This document shows positions 49,270 through 61,902 of a stretch of 64,000 nt of DNA, in pieces. Each line of letters starts with the position of its first letter. Positions within the stretch are counted from its first letter, which is position 1. A program made the position numbers and the translations under genes. The DNA is from Euprymna scolopes (lineage: Eukaryota), in the NCBI GenBank assembly GCA_053919585.1, contig CM132804.1, one strand, 5' to 3'. The notes under the pieces were generated by a model, which saw only the letters and a program-made list of their open reading frames with translations, ran no database searches and was not told the DNA's origin.

Positions 49270-49490
49270 TTTTTTTTTTACATGGAGGTCACCACTTATC
49301 AAGGCTCGGAAGCAACTTGGGGATAAGGATTATTGCGTGTACAGTAAACAATGGGATAGTATCGTAGTAATCGTTAGTATTGGATATTTGATAAAGTGTC
49401 TTACTTCAGAGGGCGGTTCATCAGGAATTTGTTTATGTTGGACTTGAAGACATCCAAGTTGTAGTCAGGTGGGAAACAGGCAAACGGAAT
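49270..49490 (-). mobile_element. CR1 subfamily A 3' stub
   Basis: PolyT then the reverse complement of the subfamily A 3' UTR. Confidence 0.88.
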
Positions 49491-50066
49491 CATTTCTTTT
49501 TTTTAAATTTGATGCTTCATAAAAATTCAAATAATGTTCCAATTTTTCCTCAAACCCTCAAAGATTTATATATATATTTATTTTTTAAATGTTTATTTTT
49601 GAAATATTGTTAATTTCAATGTATACCATTTTCACTTAACAGGATGAGACTGTTGTAATAAAAACTGAATCACCGTTAATTTTGAGTAAAGCTCAATGTA
49701 TCTATTTTCTAGATGCAGAGCATGTATAGTACAAAACTTTGGAAGACTTACATTTTTCCTTTTATATAACTCTTGTTTATTTCATCTTGGATCTCTTCAT
49801 TACAGCCGTTTCGTTAATGGGATGACAATTTTATGTTTTCATAATAATCTTCTTTCTCACCAACTCGTCGGATGTGATTTTCATTCGATGTTATCAACAA
49901 AAAGATAATTTTGAACATGATAAACCTGGTGTGTTCGTTTGTGGAAAAAGGAATTCTATTCCCATGTTGTTAGAGGTCGGCTGTAATAAAGAGATCCAGG
50001 ATGAAATAAGCAAGAGTTATAAAAAAGGAAGGAATGTAAGTCTTTGAATTTCAACAAAGTTTTGTG

Positions 50067-50110
<44 letters not shown>

Positions 50111-51327
50111 CTCTTTATGATTAGGACAGACATGCAATAGTAGTAAGAAGACATACTTTGTTTTCATTTGAAAACAAATTGAATCAAAAGGAAGTAATGC
50201 AAGAAATTAAACAAGATTAAAATTATGTTTTATTATTAATGTTATCAATCGGTATGCAATGTGCCACTTCAAATCAAAAATTTGGAAAAAAAAAAAATAG
50301 CAAAGTGCAACAAACCATGTAAAAGCATTTATATATTATCTGCATGTTCATCCGTGATGACTTTAGACCTGAATATGATAGGCATCAGAAACACAAAGAA
50401 TGTTGCTCTTCTTTTAAATGAAAAGAAAATGTTATATTTTTTGCTGGTTTCTGTGGAGACCATGACTTGGCTCTGGGGTGACAAAAGTCTTCGAAAAGTA
50501 TATTTAAATTTTGGTTGATAATGTTTTATGCCAAAATTGCATTCCCTCGTGTCCTTTGCTGCTCAAGAGGAAAGTGATTATCCAAAAAACAGCAACCATG
50601 ATGAATCCAACATTGTTTTGAACTGTTTGGTCATCTGCAGAATAACGTTACATTAGTCAAAACGTTGTGAGAATAACATCCAAAATGAGAGCAGTAGTTT
50701 GAATAATCCATTAATATATCGGTCATAATCTCTAAAAAAAATTTGGAAACTTAAAGATTTTTAATTTCAAAATTTAGAAAACCGAATATTGTTACATAAT
50801 TTTTTATTAAATAATTAAAATCTTTTTTTTTTTTTTTTTTTTTTTAACTCTTAGAACAGTTTTTTCTTCTATGAATAAGTTTTCTTAATAATGAAAGTTT
50901 CAGAAAAAAAAAATTTTTAATAAAGAAATATATAATATTAGCTGTGTATACCTGGCATTGTCGGGTTGAAACATATTGGTGGGTGGAGGGTTTAGTCACA
51001 TTCTATTTAAGATATACTGAATATCGTAACTTCTTACGGTTTTCCTGAAAAAGAACCACATTGGATTTATGGAAGCATAAAACACATCCATTTTCATTTA
51101 TGAAAATTAAACATGAAATAACTCTCATAAGTTAAAGGGGAAATAACTCTCAAAGCTTAAATAAATAAACTTCCGTTTTTAAAGGCAACTGGTGTTGGCT
51201 AATAATAATTAAAAATAAATTAAATAAATCAACTTCATATGATATTTCTAAACAGAAAAGTTAAAACAATTCCATTGCATTGAACAATTAATAACATGGA
51301 GATAGTTATGAAAATAGGTTTTCTTTT

Positions 51328-52015
51328 ACTTAAATGGAACACGTATATCAAATCTGTTGCCAAGGCCGCTGGAAAAATGGTGGGATCTTTCTATCGATCC
51401 AGTAGATATCTCACTGCTGATGCTATTCTCTATCTATATAAGAGCCAGGTACGTCCAAGGATGGAATACTGTTGCCACATCTGGGCAGGAGCTGCTAGAA
51501 AGGACTTGTCCTGCCTTGATAGAGTTCAAAATAGACTTCGTAGCCTCGTAGGGGATGTCCTTTTCTCCTCCTTACAACCTCTATCTCACAGAAGAGATGT
51601 TGCGAGTTTGTCTCTGATGTATCGTTATTTTCATGGAAAGTGTTCAACTGAGCTTCAATCTATGGTCCCCCCTCGCAAAACTTTCACAAGAAACACTCGT
51701 CTAGCTGTAAACACTATCAATAATTTCCCCCACTCTTTATCTGTGCCTAAACCTAAACATAGATTCCATGAACAAAGCTTCTTTCTTAGAACTGCACGCC
51801 TGTGGAATTGTCTTCAGTTTTCCTGCTTTCCGGCTGACTACAATATGGTTGTGTTCAAGTCTAAGGTAAATAAGTTCTTGATGAGCCGTTCCATATAAGT
51901 TATTAAATTTACCAAATTTTCATTACTAATGATTACTATATTGACCAACTTCTACTGTACACTCTTTAACCCTTATCCTTGAGTGGCCTCTGGGCCTTGA
52001 TAATGTGGTGATGCC

Positions 52016-52046
<31 letters not shown>
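51328..52046 (+). mobile_element. CR1 subfamily A, 5'-truncated with uninterrupted C-terminal frame
   Basis: ORF 51296-51898 WNTYIKSVAK...MEYCCHIWAGA...LWNCLQFSCFP; ~26-nt polyA. Confidence 0.95.
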
Positions 52047-52791
52047 TGTAATATGCAAATGAAGTTACTTCTTGAATGTAGATTTTCTTTTAATAAAATA
52101 ATATATAGAAATTATGCTTGAATGGAAGTGTGTAAACGTCTGTTTTCAGTATGAAAATTAATTTGTGAAACAGTGTACCTTTTTGTTCAAATTGTGAACA
52201 AGCAAACAAACAGACAGGAATACAACTTTATTATAATATATTACAAGAAGGACTAAGCGACGTTTCCTGGGAATAAATAAGGACACCTTTCATAACATTA
52301 TTTGTTTTTCTAAATTTTCAAATTAAACTTACGAAGTAATGTTTTCAAAGAAGTGACCAAGTTTCTCTATTCAAAATTCGTACTAACCATGCAACACACA
52401 TCAATACAAATTTTACAACAACCCTCAACAACATTGGACATATGCCTTTTCTCTTTTTGCAAGGGGCTGACCCCTCAGATTAATACCACTATCAAAATGA
52501 AGAGAGAGAATAAAACAAATACTAAATCTTATTCTATCAGTAAGTTCACAACAAAAATCTCAGAAGAAATTGATTTAATAAAAAGTTATTTAACATTATC
52601 TATTTTTCTAAATTTTCAAATTAAACATAAAATAATGTTTTCAAAGATGTGACCAAGTTTATATAATTTGTTTTATTATTGGGTTTGCTGTTGGTGAATT
52701 TCTTTTGGCTTTTGTAGGGATATTAATGATGTGACTCTCTTTAAAGTTTAAGCATTTTATTTATTTATTTTCTTTTTCTTTTTTTTTTCAG

Positions 52792-52865
52792 CGATCTACT
52801 TTTCAGAGCGAAGAAGATGATGACGATGTAGAAGATGATGCAATAACAGAGATTCAACCAATCTG
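52792..52865 (+). CDS. C12orf56: C12orf56/DUF4551 homologue, exon 4 (not in ORF track)
   Basis: Long T-tract CAG|CGA acceptor, phase 0; RSTFQSEEDDDDVEDDAITEIQPI (cf. recalled KATLLQD); TG|GTAATT donor, phase 2. Confidence 0.75.
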
Positions 52866-53019
52866 GTAATTTTTCTCTTAATATTTATAGAAAGTTCTTG
52901 TGGTTCCGTAATGGTTTGGAAGAAAGACACAACCCGGTATTTAGTGGAAACAAAATATATTGAACAGAAAGTTGCCAAATTTTCACAAAAGAAAACACTC
53001 AACTAGCTACAACCACAGA

Positions 53020-53322
53020 TATGATTTTCCCCACTCTCTATTTGTGCCTAAATGTAAACGCATATTCCATGAACAAAGCTTCTTTCCCAGAACTGCTTGC
53101 CTTTGGAACATTGTTCCGCTGGCATGCTTCCCGGTTGAATACAACATAGTAGTCTTCAAATCTAATGCAAACAAGTTCCTGTTAAGCCGTCCTCATAATC
53201 AAATTCTACCCAATTTGCACCATAAGTGATTACTACACCATCACCTTACATTCATTAATCCTTATCCTCAAGTGGCCTTCACGCCTTGATAAGTAGTGAC
53301 TCCCAAATGAAAAACAAAAAAA
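53020..53322 (+). mobile_element. CR1 subfamily A 3' stub
   Basis: FPHSLFVPK...FHEQSFFPRTACLWN; 3' stem-loop. Confidence 0.85.
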
Positions 53323-54334
53323 TAAACAGATATCTAATGCAAGTATATCTTGAGTTGGAAGCCATGTTTAGTTTCAGACAGTTTCCGATGGTTAGTTGAA
53401 GGTGATTGGTTCTCAGTAGAAAGTTGTTTTGTTCAGGGTTCTGACTTTATAATTTTTGTAGCCACAGAGCAAAAGATTCTCCCCGTGTTGACATGAAGAA
53501 AACATATGCAAGGTTGCTAAAAGAAAGGTTTCATTTTTTATGGAGCAATTCTGGTTTCTGATTGGTTGGTAGTAGAACATGAATTAATTTGATTCGCCAG
53601 TTCCTAGCAGCATCGTTTATAATAGAATTTTCCAACTGTGAGGGACCATACCCCCATTAGGAGTCAAAAATATTGCAACAGTATATGTCAGTCCACTCGC
53701 TACGAGTGCAAGACTCAAGCATAACCTGTGTGCTAACACTGGGAGACATATTCTCCCGATCTTTATGATCGGTGGAAGAGTTCATTATTATCAGTAGACA
53801 ACAGAAAATCGAATGAAAATTATGATAATCGCTAACCTAAATTTAAAAATTTGTAATTCTGTGATATTTCACTTCAAAATTTTGGCAAAAACATTTAAAT
53901 CCATATTTTATATTCCACGCTTATACATCCAGTATTGTCACTGCTGCTTTAATGTCATTAGACTGGGTCAGTTTTTAGGAGAGATTAACAAGCATTATAG
54001 ATTGTTCTGTAAAGGATAAGGCATTATAAAAAGTAAAGATAAAGTCTATCTGTATATATCAACTTTATTTCTGCTTTGCTGAACAATCGAAAGTAAACAG
54101 TTAAGAAGAAAACAGTTCCAAAGGTCTAGGTGAAAAAGGTCTTGTTTTAGGTTGTATGTGTGTGGACTTATATGTGAGTTCAGAAAACTGTATAGCTGTT
54201 GCTATATTTAGTAGTCTGTAACTCTGACTTGTCTTTGCTTATGAAAAAATCAGTAGCCAAATTTTGAATATCTTTTTTATCCATTTCTTAGAATCTGATG
54301 TCATATGATTCCAGTTTTGTTTTTTTCTCACAGT

Positions 54335-54700
54335 GTTGTATTTCTGTGCTAGTTTTACAAGTACTTCTACAGAATGTGCTTCGATGAATTTACTGCACTT
54401 GAACCCCTTTCAACAAAAATACTCTTGACCAACTTGAACAGCAGCAAAATCCCACTGCTTCATTGTAAAGTGCCAGAAAAATCTCTACTCTAATAGCTTC
54501 TTTCTTTGAACAGCTTGCCTTTGGAAGTACCTCCCTGCTTCCCATACTGTACTGACATGAGGAAATTTAAATGTAATGTGAACAAACATTTTATTACACA
54601 ATTCCCCGCTTAGAATTCCCCCTAGAAACCTAGCCTCTTAATCAGAGTAACATCTTACAGTTCACTGGCAATATGCCTTTTTGGGTAAATAAAATTTTTA
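54335..54700 (+). mobile_element. Diverged CR1 subfamily B 3' fragment
   Basis: TTTTACAAGTACTTCTAC...AATAGCTTCTTT...AAATGTAATGTGAACAAACAT...CTGGCAATATGCCTT. Confidence 0.65.
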
Positions 54701-54766
54701 AATAATAAAAAATAAGTACAAAAAAAAAACAATATAAAACACGGATTTCAGGAAAAATATTAAATA

Positions 54767-54979
54767 CAGGATGACCCCAAAAACGGGCCCCAACTCTAAT
54801 TAGGCTTCGTTTCTTAGTGTTTTGTCCGAATGGAATGAAACTTTGGTCATAACTAGTTTATTATATTCAAAATATCACATCAAAACACTAGGGTCTTTGG
54901 CCTTTTTTTCTCCGTTCTACAGCATATTTTCTAGATGGCCTCCATTTAGCTTCTTTTTTTTGGGGGGGGGGTCACCCTG
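54767..54979. mobile_element. Tc1/mariner-type MITE
   Basis: TA|CAGGATGACCCC...GGGGTCACCCTG|TA: TIRs with TA duplication. Confidence 0.75.
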
Positions 54980-56610
54980 TATAACAAATTTGATAGGCGA
55001 ATTATGTAAAATATGAAGGAGAAAATTATTTATGCAGTGCAAAATATTGTTTTAAATTGATTGATTTGGATCTATTATTTATTCCCACCACTACCACCAC
55101 TTTTATATTTAAATAAAACAGCAAATGTATATGTGTGTATGTGCCTGTGTGTAAATATTTAACCGATAAACTCTTAAACTACTGGTCACATAACACTGAA
55201 ATTAACAGGAAATAGTAATCATACACCAAGGATGGTTTAAAATGAATAAAATCTTTATTTGGATGGATGAATAATACGTACAGAAATGTCGGGAAGTTGA
55301 AATGCAAAATGTTCATTTCAACTTGCTGACATATTTTTATTTCTTTCTATCATTTAATATTAAATTATTCTCTGTATGAATATATTTAAGCATATTTTAC
55401 AAGGCTGAGCACCCCACCCCCACTAGTCTTATAACCAAACAACTCAGATTTTTTTTTTATTATTTAAAAATTAAAATGCTTGTCAAAAAAGTAATTTGAC
55501 TATTAAAATATAAAATAATTATCCCTCATTTGTTTATTAAAAGTTTGATTTAAATAGATATATTAAAATGTTTTCTAAATAAAAAGAAATGCGCCTTATG
55601 GTAAAAAATAAATCTTGTTGGTGAAAAAACTCTGGTTTTTGTATTTGTTTACAGATGCCATTGGCACGTGCGAAGTTTAAGGTCAATCAAAAGTTGTTGC
55701 TTTTGTTTCTTCCATCTGCTGGGGTCCTTAAACCGTAATTGATCCATTGATTCACATAATTATTTTATTGGTGAAGTTTTCTATATATTTTTTTTAGTAA
55801 ACTCTATTGTGAAGAAAACTATGTGGTGCATAGTATTGTCGCCATTGTTATTTTTGTTGTAAAATGGCAAACAAATAATGATCAGACTATTGTTCTCATC
55901 TTGAGTGCTATTTGTGCATTTCGGTCGGATTGTCTTTCGACCATCCTCAGGCATGTTGGTTGTTGTTTGGAAAAAAAAAAAAAAAAAAAAAAAAGAAAAG
56001 TTACTGGCTCCGTAAATATTTTTGTATTCTGTGAGTTAGTCTTTATTTTATAATTATTGTTTTGAATTTGTGAAAAAAATTGGTTGAGTTGCCTCCCCTT
56101 TGTCAACCAATTTTCTTCACAAAATCGTAGTTCAAAAAGTAAGCAATATGCCCGCCACCTTCTGTTCAAAAACTTTGGAGACCCCTGCCCTAATAGAATA
56201 CAAAAAGATGTGTTGCCAGGGTCATAGATTGAGAAAATATTTGAACAGTGTATGAATATAACTTGCATTTGTTGATTGTGGTGTTCTGTGTGACTACTAC
56301 CAGACAAGGAATTCTAATACAACTACTACCAAAGTTTGTGAAGTCATGGCAAGATGGCAGATTATTAGATCATGTAAACGTCTTGAATAGACCAGCCAGA
56401 AAAAACAGATCTTTATTCTTAGTTCCTCATATGAATGAAACAATTTGTTTTTTACTTCCAGGTAGGAGAGAGCATTCTTCTAACACTGGCCTATATACTT
56501 TCAAGGGAGATCACTCAGATTATTCTGCAACCTGTGAAGGAGAGGGTCTATTTCAAAAAAATCGATTTTCTTTTTGATATTGTTAATGGTTTTTGTATTT
56601 TCTGTTACAG

Positions 56611-56835
56611 CAAACAACCTGAACTCATGTTTGTGCAATTGAAGCTTGAAATGTTGAAGATGTCTCCCTCAAACTGCAGTATAGAAAAGATGCACACTTT
56701 ATGCTGCAAGTTGCAGGTGTATGCTGACACTTACTTTGTGGTGAAAAGACTTTTCTGGAAAGATGCAGAGTTGTTCCAATTGTTCATTGGGATTTTATGC
56801 AGATTTTCCGAGCCAGCTGAGGACAAAGAACGAAG
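56611..56835 (+). CDS. C12orf56: C12orf56/DUF4551 homologue, exon 5
   Basis: TTTTCTGTTACAG|C acceptor, phase 2; FVQLKLEML...FVVKRLFWKDAELF matches recalled FSQLKSELF...FILKRLFWKTSDLF; AG|GTATAT donor, phase 2. Confidence 0.88.
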
Positions 56836-59800
56836 GTATATAATATGAAAGGGATTGCATCTGTATGATGTATGTACTCATGATGAAAAAATATCAGACA
56901 CCAAAAATCATGTAAGTTTATCCGGTAGTTTTATTTTTATAAAGAAAATCATTTTTAAACAAATTTGAGTTTTTCCAATAGCCTCCATCTTATTTTCCAT
57001 GTTAAGAATAGCTTTTTACAACCTCGATTCAGAGTTATCTCCTTAGTTTCTTTGGCCTGTTTTCAAGATGGTGTTGCAAGATTGTCGCTCATACTTTAGT
57101 CATAAAATTTGATTTTCTTATATAAAAATATAACTAGTTAATTAATTTATGTGATTTTTGCTGTACAATATTTTCTTTCCATTTCATTCTTTCAACAGAA
57201 CCATACCATCAAAGTCTCCTGCTCTGCACACCTCCCTATACTGTCCAGATTTAATCTTCCTCTGAGGTCATCAGATCTAAACCTGTCTTTAAGCCTTACA
57301 TTAAACATATCCATCATATCATTCTCATATCATTTTCATCCATGCAGCCTATGTCCTTAACTTTCTCTGATTTATGGTAAAAAAAAAAAAAGCATGAAAA
57401 TTCTCTTTGCTTTATTCAAAAAAGAAATCCACTTTATTATTGAATGATTCTTAGTCAGGGATCAAAGTGTATGATTTGTTCAGTTCTTTGTCAGAGGAGA
57501 AGAGGTACTTCTAGGCCAAAAGATAATTTTGATTTGATTTTTTTCTTTTTGTCTCAGATTAAAAGTGCTAGATTTTCCTGGCTAATTAACCCTCATGCAG
57601 GGAGGCAGGTAAATAGGGACTTTCAATCACTGACTTGATCTAAAAAAGAAAAAAAAAAAAGTATTAAGTGCAAGAGGAAATACAGCACAGCGCCAGATAT
57701 GGTGATTAGGACAACAAAGATTGTCAGATAAGTGTTGTCCAACATTTTAAATCTGAATTTGATTCAGAATTAAGAAAAAGTTGGTGTGATGCTATTCATA
57801 TACTCCCCCCCCCCTCACCCATACAAGTGTTAGAAAGCAAAGAAAAAAAAAATAGAGGAAAAAACTATAACAAAAAGAGAAATTAATTAATCAACAGAAC
57901 AAAAGTATAGGAAGTGAGGTTAGTAGAAAAGAAACACAAAGGCCATCTGAAATAGGATTGTTAATCAAGGTGTGACAGTGACTGGGACAAAAGAGTGGAC
58001 GTAGGGGTCAATTTATTTAGAGTTAGTTAACGGACAGTTTAGAAGAGAAAGCAAGATTTATGGACAGTCTTGAGTTGACAACAGTTTACAGTTGGCGGCT
58101 CGCAGCCCCCCCCCCTCCCAAGAGAGATCGGAAAGATTGAAGTCAAATCCAGGTGAGAGTAGATCAAGCCAAGAAGAAAATCACTGGGAACCGACATGAT
58201 CAGACAGATAGCAACAGATAATGTTTGGGGTTCCTCTTTCTATGCTACGGTATCACACACATATACACATCTCCACTGGGTTTTTTTTTTCTCTTTCAAA
58301 AAGAAGTTAACTCTTATCAAGGCCCATAGGCCACTCGAGGATAAAGGTTAATGAGTTATGTCAAGAACTCGTTTTATGTTGTTTTATCGTAGTACGACCA
58401 CAAAGGTGATCATTGGCTTACATTGGCACACAATAACGCAGCAAATTTTCACAACAAAATTATTTGTCTATGAACATTCATATAAAAATAGAACCAATTG
58501 TTATATATACACTTACTGGTGAGTGTATAAATCCTTTAGACCTTGCTTTGTTGCTCTCATCATTGTCGCTGACATTATCACCATCGTTATTAGCTCAGGT
58601 TGCCTTTTTGTTCAATGATACAAAACCACATGACACGTGTTGTTTAGTATATAATAGTTTATTCATAAAAGCAAAAACAAACTTTGCATGCGTGTGAGAG
58701 AAAAAGAATGATGTCATAGCCATCACAGGACACGTGCATTTCTCATTTTGGGGACAGCATGCAAAAACATGTCTTTCTTCATTCAAGTCTTGCCAGCTAA
58801 GAAAGTGAGAGAGGTCCCACTGGAAGTCATGTGATTTGTGTAACTGCCACCCAGTGTAACGTTTGACCTCTAAACTTTTCCACTGTACTTTAACACGGTT
58901 GTCACTATGTGACGCAATATCATTTAAAGGTCTGAACATCTATAAAATACAAAAACTCTGATAATTTTGCTTGTGTGTTTGCATGTTGAATGTTTAAGAT
59001 GGTGGAAAGAAAGGCAAATAAAGTTGTGGGAAGGTGGAAACAGAATGAGAGTAGGAGAAGGAGAGTAAAAAGATAACATAAATAAAGAAAATGAAAACAG
59101 ATAAGGTGATCAAGTGGATAGCATGAATAAAAAAATGACATAAATAAAGAAGAAAGTGTAAAGCGTAAATGTATACACCAATGTACAATGTACCAATGCT
59201 AAATACAACTTGTAAAATGCTTGTTGATGTCCATTAAATTGAACGTAGATAATAACTTTATTCTTTAACTCTGTGTATAGTAATGTTGCAATCAACTTCC
59301 AGCTACCCTTTCATGGCGGTGGTTTCAGATCAAAATCAAACAGGTAAAGTCTTATACATTCTGGTGTGCCTAATTCTCTATCGATCTGAGGTATAGTCTT
59401 GTGCAGTTCTAGGAAATCCACCTTCCCAAGCTTTACCTTCTCGCCTTTTAAGAATGGATTACTTTATTATTAATTGCCTGAGACACCGCTACCAGGAATG
59501 CTGACAGACCTGCCCAGGCAATATTTTTTTTTATTCGGCCAGAATGCTCTTCCTCTAGAACACTGGTTTCAAATCTCACTTTACTGACCTTTTTGAGTTA
59601 CATTTTCCCACTGTAGGAGAGAGATAAGTATTCAACTATTTTTCAGAAATCAATTGGCTACTGGTTGGTGCAAATGAGTATCTTTTTATTTGTTGTTTAA
59701 ATCTTGGGTACAATAAGAAAAATGTTACTTGGAGGCATGGTAATTAGAGGAAGTACACTCTCTCTAGAATCTCATTTAAAATGTGCAAACAGTTTGGCCC

Positions 59801-60734
59801 AAATAAAATAGATTACATAACTGAAGTTATGGGTTTATAAAAGTATTCATTTCTTTGGTGTTAAAATAATCCAAATTTACTGATTTTTTTTTTAGAATCT
59901 TTACTTGTGTCTGATTTAATTATGGTCTAGCTTTTATTCAACTTCAAAGTAAAAAAAAAAATATTGGATATCCCTGTTTATTTGCCTCAATACAAGGGCG
60001 ATTTTTAAATAAGGACAAAAATACAAAATTGTCTCAATCTAGAAGGATTTCTCTCTCCCTGGCTGAGGACAGAACAGATAATACACTTAGATCCTAGTCC
60101 AAAGGCTGAGAAGAGAAATTGCCAATAGTTATTCATGCGACCCCCAATAATGACATGAAGAGAAGGGGCATCTCATCATATTCAAATTATCTCCCTTTCT
60201 CATAATATTTCTCTTTACTAGGACTTGACTCTTTAATGTATAAAATTAAAAGGTTGGCCTCATGCATCACTCGACGTCTGTACGCCACTACTTCCCAGGT
60301 ATATATTTGTAACTCTTCCTTCCCTTATTTTCTCTGTTAGTCCTCACATGCATGAGTGAGGTTGCTGACACAAGGAAAAATTGCTGTTTTCTGGGTCTAA
60401 TACTTAGATAGGTTTTTTTTTTTTTTTTACATTAATCTAATACTTAGATAGGGGTTTTTACATTGAAGTAGTATTTTTTTTTAGCTTCTTACATCAAGTG
60501 ATTTCATGTTTTGTCTGGAGCGATTTCTATATGAAAAAAATAACAGAAATAAATAAATATCACACGTTTTCAACAATGTGCATATGTCAGAATCAATACT
60601 AACACAGTGTTTGTCATCTAAAAGTAGTTAATAAAGACCTAGACATTCGAGAATTGTTAGTATGTAGATTATTTAAAGTTATGTTTTTTTTTGGTTTTAA
60701 ATGGACATTTTATTTTATTTTTTTTCTTAATCAG

Positions 60735-60824
60735 TTTGATGGTCCAGATTTTGAGCATTCTTCGAATAATGTTTCGGGAAACAGAAAATGTTCCTGACCG
60801 GCTAAAAACCTTAGTAATATCCTG
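60735..60824 (+). CDS. C12orf56: C12orf56/DUF4551 homologue, exon 6 (not in ORF track)
   Basis: TTTTCTTAATCAG|T acceptor, phase 2; LMVQILSILRIMFRETENVPDRLKTL matches recalled ACIEIIQTLVLMFRETETESSRLNTL; canonical TG|GTAAGT donor. Confidence 0.87.
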
Positions 60825-60969
60825 GTAAGTGGAAGAATATAAAAAAATTGTCAATAATTTTGATATGTATGCAGAATACAAACTGTGCTATTTTTTTTAT
60901 ATAGGATTTTCAAGTTAAATTAAATTTTTATGGTATGTTTTGTTTATTAAATTGTTAGCTGAAATGACC

Positions 60970-61720
60970 AAGTTCTCTGATTCTCTCTCCTCTAATTTTG
61001 AGCACGTGGTACAATGGAGAAAGAGGTGGCTGGTTCATTTTAATGCATCGAAAACCAAGCTTCCATCATCAATGTTCTGATTCCCGTCTGGCATCAATTG
61101 AAATAAATGGCTCTCGTCTTGGGGAGGCTCTATGGTTTGACAAGCTTCTGGATCTGACCTTTACTCCTGATTTGAAATGAAACATGTACATCAAATCCAT
61201 TGCCAAGGTCGCTAAAAAAATGGTGGGATGCTTCTACCATTTCAGTAGACATCTCACTGTCGATGTAATTATCTACCTATATAAAAGCTAGGTACGTCCA
61301 AGGATGGAGTACTGTTGCCACACCTAAGCAGGAGTTACTAGAAGCATCTTATCCTGCCTTGACAGTTCAAAATAGACTTTGTAGCCTAGTAGAGGATGCC
61401 CTTTTCACTTCCTTGCAATCTCTTTCCCACAGAAGAGACATTGTGAGCATGTCCCTGTATTATCGTTATTTTCATGGCAAATCATGAAAAACACTTGTCT
61501 ATAATTCCCCCTCCACTCTTTATCTATGCTTAAGCTATAATGTAGATTCCATGAACAAAGCTTTTTTCTTAGAACTGCATGCCTGCGGAACTCTCTTCCA
61601 TTTCTCTGCTTTGCAGCTGACTAAAATATGGTTGTCTTCAAGTCCAATGTAAACAAGTTCTTAAGAAATCCAATTTACCAAATTTCCACTACTAACAATA
61701 TTGTCCCATTGACTACTTTT
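60970..61720 (+). mobile_element. CR1 subfamily A, degenerate
   Basis: FDKLLDLTFTPDLK, CGTCCAAGGATGGAGTACTGTTGCCAC, GAACAAAGCTTTTTTCTTAGAACTGC. Confidence 0.88.
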
Positions 61721-61902
61721 TTTTGTAAAAAAAGAAAAGTACAGAATAGTTACAAAACTCCTCCCCATGTTAAGAATAGGTTTCTAAGTAATGTTATTAT
61801 TTCAGCACTATTCTGCATAAGTATCATAATTTTAAGCTTTGAATTTTCATTTTTAATTTACAAGTAGATAGTGTTTATTTTTTTTCTGATTGAATTGCCA
61901 TA

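Noticed and set aside
56248-56610. ORF-track extensions upstream of exon 5 (and the MLLVFLFFFF start of ORF 47814)
   Set aside because: Intronic and polypyrimidine-tract read-through; homology and phase place the true exon starts at 56611 and 47846.
58595-58939. 114-aa minus-strand ORF behind a strong acceptor-like site
   Set aside because: No recognisable homology and no partner exons; it cannot be supported without RNA data.
59311-59460. Protein-like minus-strand frame NPFLKGEKVKLGKVDFLELHK... suggesting a nested gene
   Set aside because: The DNA is a copy of the repeat at 29860-30045 and 9225-9315; there are in-frame stops just upstream and no good acceptor.
60341-60355. 15-nt AG/GT-bounded candidate micro-exon (SPHMHD)
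   Set aside because: The phase fits, but there is no similarity to the expected D-E-L motif and it lies in LTR-like sequence (about 60030-60370).
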